NCBI GenBank assembly: GCA_963749075.1
Contig: CAVVLJ010000016.1
Location: 544,001 to 608,000 of the forward strand
Direction of reading: 5' to 3'
DNA length: 64,000 nt
Source: an uncultured Pseudomonadota bacterium
GTDB taxonomy: Bacteria; Pseudomonadota; Alphaproteobacteria; JACZXZ01
The position numbers were made by a program, and so were the translations under genes. The notes below the pieces were generated by a model. It searched no databases. It had not been told where the DNA came from and saw only the letters and a program-made list of their open reading frames with translations. Shown here piece after piece: positions 1 through 9,519 of the stretch (position 1 is its first letter; every line of letters begins with the position of its first letter).

Positions 1-177
1 GAGGGCGGGCAGGATGCGCCCGAACACCACGTCCGCCGGCATCTTGACCACGCCGAGGGTCAACCCGGTCAGCACGATGACGTTGAGCACCACGTTGGTG
101 AAGAGGCCGAAGAATGCATTCCAGTCGCCCGGTACCCACCAGCGCACCGGAGCGTGAGAGCCCTGTTCAGTGGTCAT
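1..177 (-). CDS. Partial (N-terminal) AzgA-like/xanthine-uracil-type permease, continues off the left edge
   Basis: Manual translation from ATG at 177: MTTEQGSHAPVRWWVPGDWNAFFGLFTNVVLNVIVLTGLTLGVVKMPADVVFGRILPAL. Hydrophobic, with the WxxGDWNAFFG start typical of permeases found beside cysteine hydrolases; GGGGGA RBS upstream. Confidence 0.7.
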   Translation of the reverse strand, partial: MTTEQGSHAPVRWWVPGDWNAFFGLFTNVVLNVIVLTGLTLGVVKMPADVVFGRILPAL

Positions 178-260
178 TGTCGTCCCCCTGTCATGGAGTT
201 GACGCTGGCTCGGGCGGCGCCCGGCCTATGCGCTTTTGCTTACGGGCTCCTCCACTACTT

Positions 261-959
261 CTACTTCTTCTTTGTCGATTTCTTGGCCGGCTTGGCTTTT
301 GCCAAGGCCGGCAGCAGATTCTCCGAGCGGCCGACCCAGCCGAAGATGCCGCCCTGCGCCTTGATCATCTTGAGGGCGTAGTCCTGGAACTCGGGAAAGT
401 AGGAGGCGACGCAGTCCTCCAGCACGAGGGCGTCGTAGCCGCGGTCGTTCGCCTCGCGCACGGTCGTGTTGACGCAGACCTCGGTGGTGACACCGCAGAC
501 GATGAGCTGCGTGATGCCGCGGCTCTTCAGCATGGCGTCGAGGTCGGTCGCGTAGAAGGCGCCCTTGCCCGGCTTGTCGACGACCGGCTCGTCGGCTAGA
601 GGCTTGAGCTCGTCGATGATGTCGTGGCCGTACTCGCCGCGCACCAGGATGCGGCCCATGGGGCCCTTGTCGCCGATGCCGCTCTTGAGCTTGCCGCGCG
701 CCTTCTTGGCGGGCGGCAGGTCGGAGAGGTCGGGGCGGTGGCCTTCGCGCGTATGGATGACGAGGAGGCCTGCCTTGCGCGCCGCATCCAGCACGCGCTT
801 GGTGGGCGCGATCGCCTTCCTCAAGAGCGACACGTCGTTGCCCAGCGCCTCGCCGAAGCCGCCCGGATCGACGAAGTCGCGCTGCATGTCGATGATGACG
901 AGCGCTGAGCTGGCCGGATCGAAGCTAAACGCGTAGGGCTCCGCGCGGACCTTTGTCAT
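261..959 (-). CDS. trtA: Isochorismatase-family cysteine hydrolase, triuret hydrolase (TrtA)-like
   Basis: [23 protein letters not shown] (D-K-C triad) and AQGGIFG motifs. [17 protein letters not shown] and GGI match recalled TrtA rather than BiuH residues. Confidence 0.75.
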   Translation of the reverse strand: MTKVRAEPYAFSFDPASSALVIIDMQRDFVDPGGFGEALGNDVSLLRKAIAPTKRVLDAARKAGLLVIHTREGHRPDLSDLPPAKKARGKLKSGIGDKGPMGRILVRGEYGHDIIDELKPLADEPVVDKPGKGAFYATDLDAMLKSRGITQLIVCGVTTEVCVNTTVREANDRGYDALVLEDCVASYFPEFQDYALKMIKAQGGIFGWVGRSENLLPALAKAKPAKKSTKKK

Positions 960-1001
960 GGTGATCTCCCGTCGCTGCGGGCATTGCCTCCCCCTTGGTC
1001 C

Positions 1002-2828
1002 TCATTGCTGCTGGCTTTGGGCCGCGAGAAAGCGGCGCCAGCTTACGAGCTCGGTGATGTCCTCTGCCTCCGCCGCGGCATAGGCCTCGCAGAGGAAGCC
1101 CTTGACCCGCTCGCCGTCCTCGAGCTCGAGCGTGCCGATGCCGAGCGGGCCGGCAATGCCGGCGACGAAGCTGCCGAAGGATGCCGCCGGCAGCTCCCAG
1201 ACCTCGACCTCGATGGCGCGGCCGGCGGCACTCCTCACCAGGCCGGGCCGCGCCGGCGGGCCGCCGGGCAGCGCATAGAGGCGGTAGTGCCGCGCCGTCG
1301 AGCAGCGGCGCACGAGCCGGCCGCCGCGCTCGACGAGCTGGTGGTTGAGCGGCAGGCCCGACATATGGGCGCCGCACACCGCGACGCGCACCAGGCCGTT
1401 GGGATGGCTGTGGCCCGGTGCTGCCGCGCGCGCCGGCGGCAAGGGAAGGCCGGTCGCACCCAGGGTAAGGCCCTCGGCGCGGTGGAGCTCGGCGCCCAAC
1501 GTCGCGAGCGCCTCGTCGCACCAGGCCGGTGCCACGAGTGTTGCGCCGAAGGGCAGCCCGCCTGCCTCGAAGCCGGCCGGGATGGCCAAGGCCGAGAGGT
1601 CGAGCAGGTTCACGAAGTTCGTGTAATAGCCGAGGTTGTTGTTGAGCCGCACCGGATCCGCCAGCATCTCGGCGATCCCGTAGCTGCGCCCCGCGGTCGG
1701 CGTCACGAGGAGATGGCAGCGCTCCCACAGCGGCTCCGCCAGGCGCCGCAGCTCCTTCAAGCGGTAATAGCCGAGGTAGGCGTCGGCGGCGAGCGGCTTG
1801 GCGCCGCCCGCGATGATCTGCCGCGTCACCGGGTGAAGCGCCTCAGGCCGCTTGTCGACGAAATCGCGGATGGCGGCATAGCGCTCCGCGACCCAGGGCC
1901 CGCCGTAGAGCAGGTGCGCCGCCTCGAGGAAAGGCGAGATGTCGACCTCGAGGAGGCGGCCGCCGAGGCGCTCGATGAGGCGAAGCAGCTCGGCGAAGCG
2001 CTCGGCGCCCGCGACATTGCCGAAGAACTCGAGCTGCTCCGGCCGCGGGACGCCGAAGCGGCAGCCGGCGATGCGGCCGGGGATGGCCGGACGCCGGGCG
2101 GGCTCGGGCTGCTTCGAGAAGGGATCGGCGGCATCGAAGCCCCTGGCAATCTCGAGCACGTCGTGCGCATCCTCGACCGTGAGCGCCAGGATCGAGACGC
2201 AGTCGAGCGAGCGGCAGGCCGGCACCACGCCGCGCGAGCTCAACAAGCCGCGGGTCGGCTTGAGGCCCACGACGTTGTTGAAGGCGGCCGGCACGCGGCC
2301 GGAGCCGGCCGTGTCGGTGCCGAGGGCGAAGCTCACCAAGCCGGCCGCCACGGCGACCGCCGAGCCCGAGCTCGAGCCGCCCGCGATGGTCTCTCGGTCG
2401 AAGGCGTTCGCCGGCGCGCCATAGGGCGAGCGCGTGCCGCTGAGCCCGGTCGCGAACTGGTCGAGGTTGCACTTGCCGATGGCGATGGCGCCCGCGGCCT
2501 CGAGCAGCACCACGGCACGGGCGCTCTCCCGCGGGCGATAGGCGAAGTCGGGGCAGGCGGCCGTGGTGGGATGACCCGCAAGGTCGATGTTGTCCTTGAT
2601 CGCGAAGGGAATGCCGTAGAGGGGGCGGCCCACGGCTCCGTCCTTGGCCAGCGCCTCCGCGCGCGCCACCAGCTCGCCGCGCGGCAAGAGGTGGATCCAC
2701 ACCTTGTCGTCGCCGCGCGCGGCGATGCGCTGCAGCACGCCGTCCACCACCTCGACCGGTGTCAGGGCAGCCGCACGCAAGCGCGTGCCAAGCGTCGCCA
2801 GATCGAGACTGTCGCTCGCCTCCAGCAC
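1002..2828 (-). CDS. atzF: Allophanate hydrolase (amidase-signature domain plus C-terminal domain)
   Basis: KDNID, GKCNLDQFATGL, GGSSSGS, GTDTAGSGRVPA, LGYYTNFVNLLD; C-terminal VCGAHMSGLPLN and GFLCE. Probable GTG start at 2828. Confidence 0.93.
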   Translation of the reverse strand: MLEASDSLDLATLGTRLRAAALTPVEVVDGVLQRIAARGDDKVWIHLLPRGELVARAEALAKDGAVGRPLYGIPFAIKDNIDLAGHPTTAACPDFAYRPRESARAVVLLEAAGAIAIGKCNLDQFATGLSGTRSPYGAPANAFDRETIAGGSSSGSAVAVAAGLVSFALGTDTAGSGRVPAAFNNVVGLKPTRGLLSSRGVVPACRSLDCVSILALTVEDAHDVLEIARGFDAADPFSKQPEPARRPAIPGRIAGCRFGVPRPEQLEFFGNVAGAERFAELLRLIERLGGRLLEVDISPFLEAAHLLYGGPWVAERYAAIRDFVDKRPEALHPVTRQIIAGGAKPLAADAYLGYYRLKELRRLAEPLWERCHLLVTPTAGRSYGIAEMLADPVRLNNNLGYYTNFVNLLDLSALAIPAGFEAGGLPFGATLVAPAWCDEALATLGAELHRAEGLTLGATGLPLPPARAAAPGHSHPNGLVRVAVCGAHMSGLPLNHQLVERGGRLVRRCSTARHYRLYALPGGPPARPGLVRSAAGRAIEVEVWELPAASFGSFVAGIAGPLGIGTLELEDGERVKGFLCEAYAAAEAEDITELVSWRRFLAAQSQQQ

Positions 2829-3037
2829 CGAAGCCCCCGGTCCCCTGGTCAGGCGGGCCCGCATCCGACGGGGTGGGGAGGCGCCACCGAAGGAGCGCAG
2901 GACAAAGCCCGTGCGAATTCGTTAGAATTACGATAACCGATCCGGATTGCCCCGGACAAGCCGCCTCTCTGGTCTCGGCGGACAAAGGAGAAAGCGCTCG
3001 GCGATCGCAGTCGCGACGAACGAGGAGGGCCGGGCGA

Positions 3038-4622
3038 ATGGCGAGCGTCACCAAGATCATCGCGAATTTCTACCGCGACTCCGTGTCGCTCATGCAGCTC
3101 TCGGCGCGCGTAGCCAAGTTGCCGGGCGTGCGCGAGGCCTCGGCCATCATGGCGTCCGAGAGCAATCTGGCGCTCCTCCGCGGGGCCGGCCTGCTCGAAG
3201 GCGAGGTGAGCGCCGGGCCGAACGACCTCTTGATCGCCCTCCTCGGCGAGAGCGGCGAGGCGCTCGAGGCGGCCGCCGCCGAGGCGGAGACGCTGCTGAC
3301 CGAGAGTGCCGCACCTGCGCGGGGCTCAGGCGTGGCGGCGGAGCCCTTGCGCAGCCTCGAGATGGCGCTCCAGGCCGAGCCCTCGGCCAATCTGGCGCTC
3401 ATCTCGACCCCCGGCGAATACGCCGCCGCCGAGGCGGAGAAGGCGCTCAACCTCGGCCTCAACGTCATGCTCTTCAGCGACAACGTGGCGCTCGCCGACG
3501 AGGTCATGCTGAAGGAGAAAGCGGCCGCCGCCGGTCTTCTCGTCATGGGCCCCGATTGCGGCACGGCACTCATCGGCGGCATCCCGCTCGGCTTCGCCAA
3601 CGTGGTGCGGAGGGGCGAGATCGGCGTGGTCGCCGCCTCTGGCACCGGCCTCCAGCAGGTGAGCTGCCTCGTCGACCGCCTGGGCAAGGGCATCTCCCAC
3701 GCCATCGGCACGGGCGGGCACGATCTCCGCGCCGAGGTCGGCGGCATCACCATGAGCCGCGGCATCGAGGCGCTCGCCGCCGATCCGGCGACCAAGGTGA
3801 TCGTGCTCATCTCGAAGCCGCCCGCAGCCGCGGTCGCCGGGCGCGTGCTCGAGATCGCGCGCAGCACCGGCAAACCCGTCGTCGTCAATTTCCTCGGCGC
3901 CGACCCGGCTGCGACCGGCGGCGGCGGCCTCTTCGCCGCCGAGACGCTCGAGGACGCCGCGCGCGCCGCGGTCGCCCTTGCCGACGGACGCACGCCCGAC
4001 GGCACGGCCGCCGCATCGCCCGCGAGCGTGGCCCGCCCCGCTTTCGCAAGCACCCAGCGCTATATCCGCGGCCTCTATAGCGGCGGCACCTTCTGCTACG
4101 AGGCGTCGCTCCTGCTCTCCGAGGAGCTGGCGCCGGTCTTCACCAACACCCCGGTCGGCTCGGCGCGGGCACTCGAGGACGTTCTGGACGAGCCGCGCCC
4201 ACACGGTCATCGATCTGGGCGACGACCTCTTCACGCGCGGCCGGCCGCACCCCATGATCGACCACCGGCTGCGCAACGAGCGCATCCTCAAGGAGGCGGC
4301 CGATCCCGAGACGGCCGTCATCCTCCTCGACGTGGTGCTCGGCTACGGCTCCCATGCCGATCCGGCGGGCGAGATGGCACCGGTGGTGCGCGAGGCGCTG
4401 AGAGAGGCGGGGCGGGCCGGGCGGGAGCTCGCCGTGGTTGGCTTCGTCTGCGGCACCGCGGGCGACCCGCAAGGCCTCGCGCGCCAGGAGGAGGCGCTGA
4501 GAAGCGCAGGCATGCGCCTTTTCGAGAGCAACGCCCAGGCGGTGCGGCAGGCGGCCCGGATGGTGGGCGGGGAGCAGCCGCTCTCAGCACCGGCGCTCGC
4601 CAGCGCGAGGCCGCTGCCGTGA
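3038..4622 (+). CDS. fdrA: FdrA/AllF-like acyl-CoA synthetase family protein; +1 frameshift at 4182-4183 (probable sequencing error)
   Basis: YRDSVSLM, MLFSDNV, MGPDCGT, SGTGLQ, GLYSGGT in one frame, then HTVIDLGDDLFTRGRPHPMID and LLDVVLGYGSH in the next frame. Removing one T from GACGTTC joins them. Confidence 0.88.
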
Positions 4623-6043
4623 GCCTTCTCGCCGGCAAGCTCCGCGTCGTCAACTTGGGCCTCGCCTCCTTTGCCGACGCCATAGCGGCGGCGGGCGGCG
4701 AGGTGGTGCAGCTCGCTTGGGTGCCGCCCGCAGGCGGCGACAGCGCGATAGGCCGGCAGCTCGCCCGCCTGGTCAACCACCCCCTGGTCGAGGCCGCCAA
4801 CCGCAAGGCGTATGCCGCCTATCTCGCAGCCCAGCCGGTGCTCGAGGGCATCGCCCCGGCGCGCGCGCTCGTCCCCGGCATGGGCCGGCGCATGATCCTC
4901 CACGCCGGCCCGCCGATCGCCTGGCAGCGCATGTGCGGTCCGATGCGGGGCGCCGTCATCGGCGCCATCCTCTTCGAGGGTTGGGCCGAGGATGCGGCGG
5001 CGGCCGAGCGGCTTGCCGCGAGCGGGAAAATCGCCTTCGCACCCTGCCATCACCATGGCGCCGTCGGCCCCATGGCCGGGATCATCAGCCCCTCCATGCC
5101 GGTCTGGGCCGTGCGCGAGCGCACGACCGGCCGCCTCGCCTTCAGCAATCTCAACGAGGGTCTCGGCAAGGCGCTGCGCTTCGGCGCCAACGGGCCGGAG
5201 GTCATCCAGCGCTTGAGATGGATGGCGAAGAGCCTCGCGCGCTCGCTCGCGGCCGGGCTTGCCGAGCTCGGGCCGCTCGAGCTCAAGCCGCTCATGGCCC
5301 AGGCGCTCCACATGGGCGACGAGGTGCACAACCGCAATTCGGCCGCCACGGCGCTCTTCTTGAAGCGCCTGGTCCCCGCCCTCCTCGGCGCGCGCACCGG
5401 CCGCAGCACAGTCGAGGAGGCCGTCGCCTTCATCGCCGGCAACGACCACTTCTTCCTCAACCTCTCCATGGCGGCCTGCAAGGCGATGCTGGATGCGGCG
5501 TGCTGTGTTCCGGCGAGCAGCATGGTGACGGCCATGGCGCGGAACGGCGTCGAGTTCGGCATCCAGCTGAGCGGGCTCGGCGGGCGCTGGCTCACCGCAC
5601 CCGCACCGCTCGTCGACGGCCTCTTCTTCCCCGGCTATACGATCGCCGACGCGGCCCCGGACTTGGGCGACAGCGCGATTGCCGAGACGGCCGGGTTAGG
5701 CGGCTTCGCCATGGCGGCGGCACCGGCGATCGTCCGCTTCGTCGGCGGCCGCTCCGCGGACGCCATCGCCAACACCCTCGCCATGGGCCACATCACGCTC
5801 GGGCGCAACGAGGCCCTGACGCTCCCCGCCCTCGACTTCGCGGGCACGCCCGCCGGCATCGACGCGCGCAAGGTGGTCGATACGGGCCTCCTCCCCATCA
5901 TCAATACCGGCATCGCTCACCGCGAGGCGGGGATCGGCCAGATCGGCGCCGGCATCACGCGTGCGCCGCTCGCCTGCTTTACGCAAGCCGTGGCGGCGCT
6001 TGCCGGGCAGCTCGATGAGGGGAGGGCGGGCGATGCCGGCTGA
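4619..6043 (+). CDS. YlbE/YahG-like DUF1116 protein with an N-terminal FdrA-tail-like segment
   Basis: GTG start overlaps the fdrA stop (GTGA). ILHAGPP, PCHHHGAVGPMAG, NEGLGKALRFGA, MGDEVHNRN, DLGDSAIAET, GIAHREAGIGQIGAG. Confidence 0.88.
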   Translation: MSLLAGKLRVVNLGLASFADAIAAAGGEVVQLAWVPPAGGDSAIGRQLARLVNHPLVEAANRKAYAAYLAAQPVLEGIAPARALVPGMGRRMILHAGPPIAWQRMCGPMRGAVIGAILFEGWAEDAAAAERLAASGKIAFAPCHHHGAVGPMAGIISPSMPVWAVRERTTGRLAFSNLNEGLGKALRFGANGPEVIQRLRWMAKSLARSLAAGLAELGPLELKPLMAQALHMGDEVHNRNSAATALFLKRLVPALLGARTGRSTVEEAVAFIAGNDHFFLNLSMAACKAMLDAACCVPASSMVTAMARNGVEFGIQLSGLGGRWLTAPAPLVDGLFFPGYTIADAAPDLGDSAIAETAGLGGFAMAAAPAIVRFVGGRSADAIANTLAMGHITLGRNEALTLPALDFAGTPAGIDARKVVDTGLLPIINTGIAHREAGIGQIGAGITRAPLACFTQAVAALAGQLDEGRAGDAG

Positions 6044-6986
6044 GGTACCGCTCGCGGTCGTGGCGATCGGCGGCAACTCGCTCATCCGCGACAGGGAGCA
6101 CCTCTCGATCCCCGACCAGTACGACGAGGTGACGGTCACGGCGCGCAGCATCGCCGAGATGATCGCCCAGGGCTGGAACGTCGTCGTGACCCACGGCAAC
6201 GGGCCGCAGATGGGCTTCATCCTGCGCCGCTCCGAGCTCTCGATCCGCGAGGTGGCACCCGTGCCGATGGATTATGCGGGCGCCGACATCCAGGGCGCCG
6301 TCGGCTATATGTTCGTCAAGGCGCTACGCAACGAGTTCCGCCGCCGCGGCATCGCGCGCGAGCCGGTCGCGGTGGTGACCGAGACGCTGGTCGATCTCGC
6401 GGACCCCGCCTTCGCGGAGCCGAGCAAGCCGATAGGCTCGCACATGGCGGAGGCCGAGGCCAAGACGCTCGCGGCGGCACAGGGCTGGGTCGTCAAGGAG
6501 GACGCGGGCCGCGGCTGGCGCCGCGTCGTGGCCTCGCCCGCACCCAAGCGCATCGTCGATCTCGAGGTCATCGCCCATCTTGCCGGCAGCGGCTATGTGG
6601 TGATCGCCTGCGGCGGCGGCGGCGTCCCCGTGGCCGAGGACGCGTCAGGCGATCTCGGCGGCGTCGAGGCGGTGATCGACAAGGACCTCGCCTCGAGCCT
6701 GCTCGCGCGCGCGCTCGGCGCCGAGCTCCTCCTCGTCTCGACCGCGGTCGACAAGGTGGCGCTCGACTTCGGCAAGCCGGGCATGCGCTGGCTCGACCGC
6801 CTCACGCTCAGCGAGGCGAAGCGCTACTACGCCGAGGAGCAGTTCGACCGCGGCAGCATGGGGCCCAAGATCCAGGCCATCGTCGCCTTCCTCGAGGGCG
6901 GCGGGCGGCGGGGCATCATCACCAGCCCGCACAACATCGCAAAAGCGCTCGCCGGCTCGACCGGCACCCACGTGGTGCCGGGGTGA
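6033..6986 (+). CDS. arcC: Carbamate kinase
   Basis: AIGGNSL, THGNGPQ, GWRRVVASP, GGGGVPV, EAVIDKD, GSMGPKI. Confidence 0.95.
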   Translation: MPAEVPLAVVAIGGNSLIRDREHLSIPDQYDEVTVTARSIAEMIAQGWNVVVTHGNGPQMGFILRRSELSIREVAPVPMDYAGADIQGAVGYMFVKALRNEFRRRGIAREPVAVVTETLVDLADPAFAEPSKPIGSHMAEAEAKTLAAAQGWVVKEDAGRGWRRVVASPAPKRIVDLEVIAHLAGSGYVVIACGGGGVPVAEDASGDLGGVEAVIDKDLASSLLARALGAELLLVSTAVDKVALDFGKPGMRWLDRLTLSEAKRYYAEEQFDRGSMGPKIQAIVAFLEGGGRRGIITSPHNIAKALAGSTGTHVVPG

Positions 6987-7015
6987 GAGGCAAGGGCATC
7001 GCCAATGGCCGCCTC

Positions 7016-7176
7016 GCCCTTCGAGACGCGCGCCTCTCTTGCGTGATGCAAAAGGGCGGGCCTTCGGCCCGCGGCGCGCTCCTCAGGGCACTTCGTCCGG
7101 GGGGCGGCCCCCACGGTTGGCGGATTTCCTCGTCCTGAGGAGGGCTGCAGGCCCGTCTCGAAGGATGAGGAAATCC
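7016..7176. repeat. Two copies of an intergenic palindromic repeat (CCTC..CCTGAGGAG...CGTCTCGAAGGATGAGG family)
   Basis: Self-complementary arms (ggatttcctc...gaggaaatcc at 7122-7176); the same family recurs at 24271-24381. Confidence 0.75.
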
Positions 7177-7221
7177 TATCGGCGCCAAATGCGATTGCCT
7201 TAGGGGTGAAGGGAGGCTGCC

Positions 7222-8070
7222 ATGGGAAAGCTGGCGCTCGCCGCCAAGGTCACGCACGTGCCGTCGCTCTATCTCTCGGAGCTGCCGGGCAAGCACCACG
7301 GCTGCCGCGAGGCGGCGATCGCCGGCCACCGCGAGATCGGCCGGCGCTGCCGCGCTGCCGGCGTCGATACCATCGTGGTGCTCGACGTGCATTGGCTGGT
7401 CAACGCCGGCTACCACGTCAATTGCGCGCCGCATTTCAAGGGCGTCTATACCAGCAACGAGCTGCCCCACTTCATCAAGGACATGGCCTACGAGTATGCG
7501 GGCAATGCGGCCCTCGGCCGGCTCATCGCCGCGACCGCGACGGCGGAGGGCGTCTTCACCCGCGCCCACGAGGTGGCGAGCCTCGATCTCGAATACGGCA
7601 CCCTCGTGCCCATGCGCTACATGAACGCTGACCGGCATTTCAAGGTGGTCTCGATCGCTGCCTGGTGCGCCTGGCACAAGCTCGACGAGAGCCGCCGCTT
7701 CGGCGCCGCCCTGCGCCGCGCGATCGAAGCGAGCGAGGCGAGCGTGGCCGTGCTGGCGAGCGGCTCGCTCTCCCACCGCTTCAACGACAACGGCAGCCCC
7801 GAGGCGGCGATGGACGAGATCAGCCGCGAGTTCTACCGCCAGGTGGATCTGCGCGTCGTCGAGCTGTGGCGGCGCGGCGACTTCAGGACCTTCGTCGCCA
7901 TGCTGCCGGAATACGCCGAGCTCTGCCGCGGCGAGGGCGACATGCACGACACCGCGATGCTGCTCGGCATGCTCGGCTGGGACGCCTACGACAAGCCGGT
8001 CGAGATCATAACCGACTATTTCGCGAGCTCGGGCACGGGCCAGATCAACGCCGTCTTTCCGCTCGGGTGA
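7222..8070 (+). CDS. hpaD: 3,4-dihydroxyphenylacetate 2,3-dioxygenase (LigB class)
   Basis: MGKLALAAKVTHVPS, YTSNELPHFI, LEYGTLVPMRYMN, SGSLSHRF, SSGTGQINAVFP closely follow enterobacterial HpaD. Confidence 0.92.
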   Translation: MGKLALAAKVTHVPSLYLSELPGKHHGCREAAIAGHREIGRRCRAAGVDTIVVLDVHWLVNAGYHVNCAPHFKGVYTSNELPHFIKDMAYEYAGNAALGRLIAATATAEGVFTRAHEVASLDLEYGTLVPMRYMNADRHFKVVSIAAWCAWHKLDESRRFGAALRRAIEASEASVAVLASGSLSHRFNDNGSPEAAMDEISREFYRQVDLRVVELWRRGDFRTFVAMLPEYAELCRGEGDMHDTAMLLGMLGWDAYDKPVEIITDYFASSGTGQINAVFPLG

Positions 8071-8289
8071 GCCGTGTCAGCTTGGCGTAAGCCGATTCGG
8101 CCGTCGCTGACGCAGGATATTGCGGCCCCACGGCGTAGAGAGCGCCACGGGCTGGTGGACCGCGCCAAGCCGCGCGGGACTTGGCATTGCCAACGGGAGC
8201 TTGCGAGGATTACGCTTAAGTCCCGAGTTCAGGCTCTCCGATGGAGGCCACGGCAACTTACGTTCCTGGCGACCGGCCGGTGAGGGACA

Positions 8290-8974
8290 ATGGGCTTCGC
8301 CTACGATCTGACTGGGAAAATCGTCCGGCAGATTCTACGACAGCCGCATCGCCGGCCCCCCCATCCTCGATTCCGAGGTCTATTTCCCGTCCGCCGGCAA
8401 GTTCGCCGGGGCCTGGCGCGAGATCCGCGGCGAAGCCGAGGGTCTCGCCGCGCGGCTCCAGCGCGTGCCGCGCTTCCATGACGTCATGCGCGAGCAGGAG
8501 GCGATCTCGGCCAACGACGGCCGCGACTGGCGGCTCTTCATCATGAAGGCCTATGGCGTCGAGTTCGCCGAGAACATGGCGGCCTGCCCGCGGCTTGCCG
8601 CCCTCGTGGCCGAGACCCCCGGCATCCTCTCCGTCTCGATCTCCTTCATGGCGCCGGGCAAGCACATTCCGGCCCATCGCGGACCCTTCCGCGGCATCGT
8701 GCGCTTCTACCTCGGCCTCACCGTGCCCCGCCGCGCGGACGGCAGCCCGGCCGCGGTGCTGAAGGTCGGCGGCAAGGAGTACCGCGTCGGCGAGGGCGAG
8801 TGGCTCCTCTGGGACGACACCTATACGCACGAAGTGCTGAACGAGAGCAATGCGGTGCGCAGCGTGCTCCTGCTCGATATCTGGCGCAAGGGCATGCCGC
8901 TCGACATGGAGGTCTTCTCGCGCCTGCTCATCGGCACGGCCGGCATCGGCGTGCGCTGGCGCGGCGTGGGGTAG
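8290..8974 (+). CDS. Aspartyl/asparaginyl beta-hydroxylase (LpxO-like 2OG-Fe oxygenase); +1 frameshift at 8333-8334
   Basis: PGKHIPAHRGP and WDDTYTHEV motifs. The N-terminus MGFAYDLTGKIVRQ joins IYDSRIAGPPILD after removing one T from GATTC. Confidence 0.8.
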
Positions 8975-9002
8975 CCAAGGCGCGGGGAGCGTGCCCGCGC
9001 GA

Positions 9003-9453
9003 TCAGAACGTCCAGTCGCTCCCGGGACAGAGGCTTGCGCGCGGCGACGTTGAAGCGGCCGTCGTAGACCGGCCGCCCGCCCGTGGTCGGCCCCTGATAC
9101 TGCACGAAAAGCATCACGCCGCCGCTCTCGGTGCTGAGCTCGTCTTCGTAGTGCGGGTCGGCGTGGAAGATCATCGTGCCCGGCCCCATGGTCTTGCCGC
9201 CGATCGTAAAGGTACCTTCGAGGATGTACCAGACTTGCGCGAAATCATGCCTGTGCAGCGGGTGGTGAGAGCCGGGCTCGTAGCGCACGAAACCGGCATT
9301 GGGCTCGGTCGGCCGCTCCGCATGGGGATGGAACAGCATCTTGCTCCATTGGCCGGGAAAACGCAGCATCTCCCATTCCCGCTCGCTCTCGTGGACCGCC
9401 TCCATGGCGTTGTCGCCCGCCTTGCGTTGGATCGTGGCCATCGTCTCCGACAT
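9003..9453 (-). CDS. Cupin-domain protein; true stop probably at 9003-9005, masked by a 1-nt insertion at 9007-9008
   Basis: HPLHRHDFAQVWYILEG and FHADPHYE cupin motifs; GAGGAGG RBS. Removing one base gives ...ERLDV* and removes the overlap with the convergent gene. Confidence 0.78.
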
Positions 9454-9519
9454 GGTTTCCTCCTCGCGATTGCTCGTGGACAGCTTGCCTCGCATTCCCC
9501 CGCCCCCGCACCGCGAGCA

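Noticed and set aside
2829-3037. Guanidine riboswitch or sigma54 promoter in the atzF-fdrA intergenic region
   Set aside because: No paired G-ACGR-C hairpins or ykkC consensus were recognised. TCGCACGGGCTTTGT on the minus strand lacks the invariant GG and GC. An Rfam scan would settle it.
2759-6043. 1094-aa FdrA-YlbE fusion ORF
   Set aside because: Created by the extra T at 4182-4183; the true FdrA C-terminus is in another frame and ylbE has its own GTGA-coupled start.
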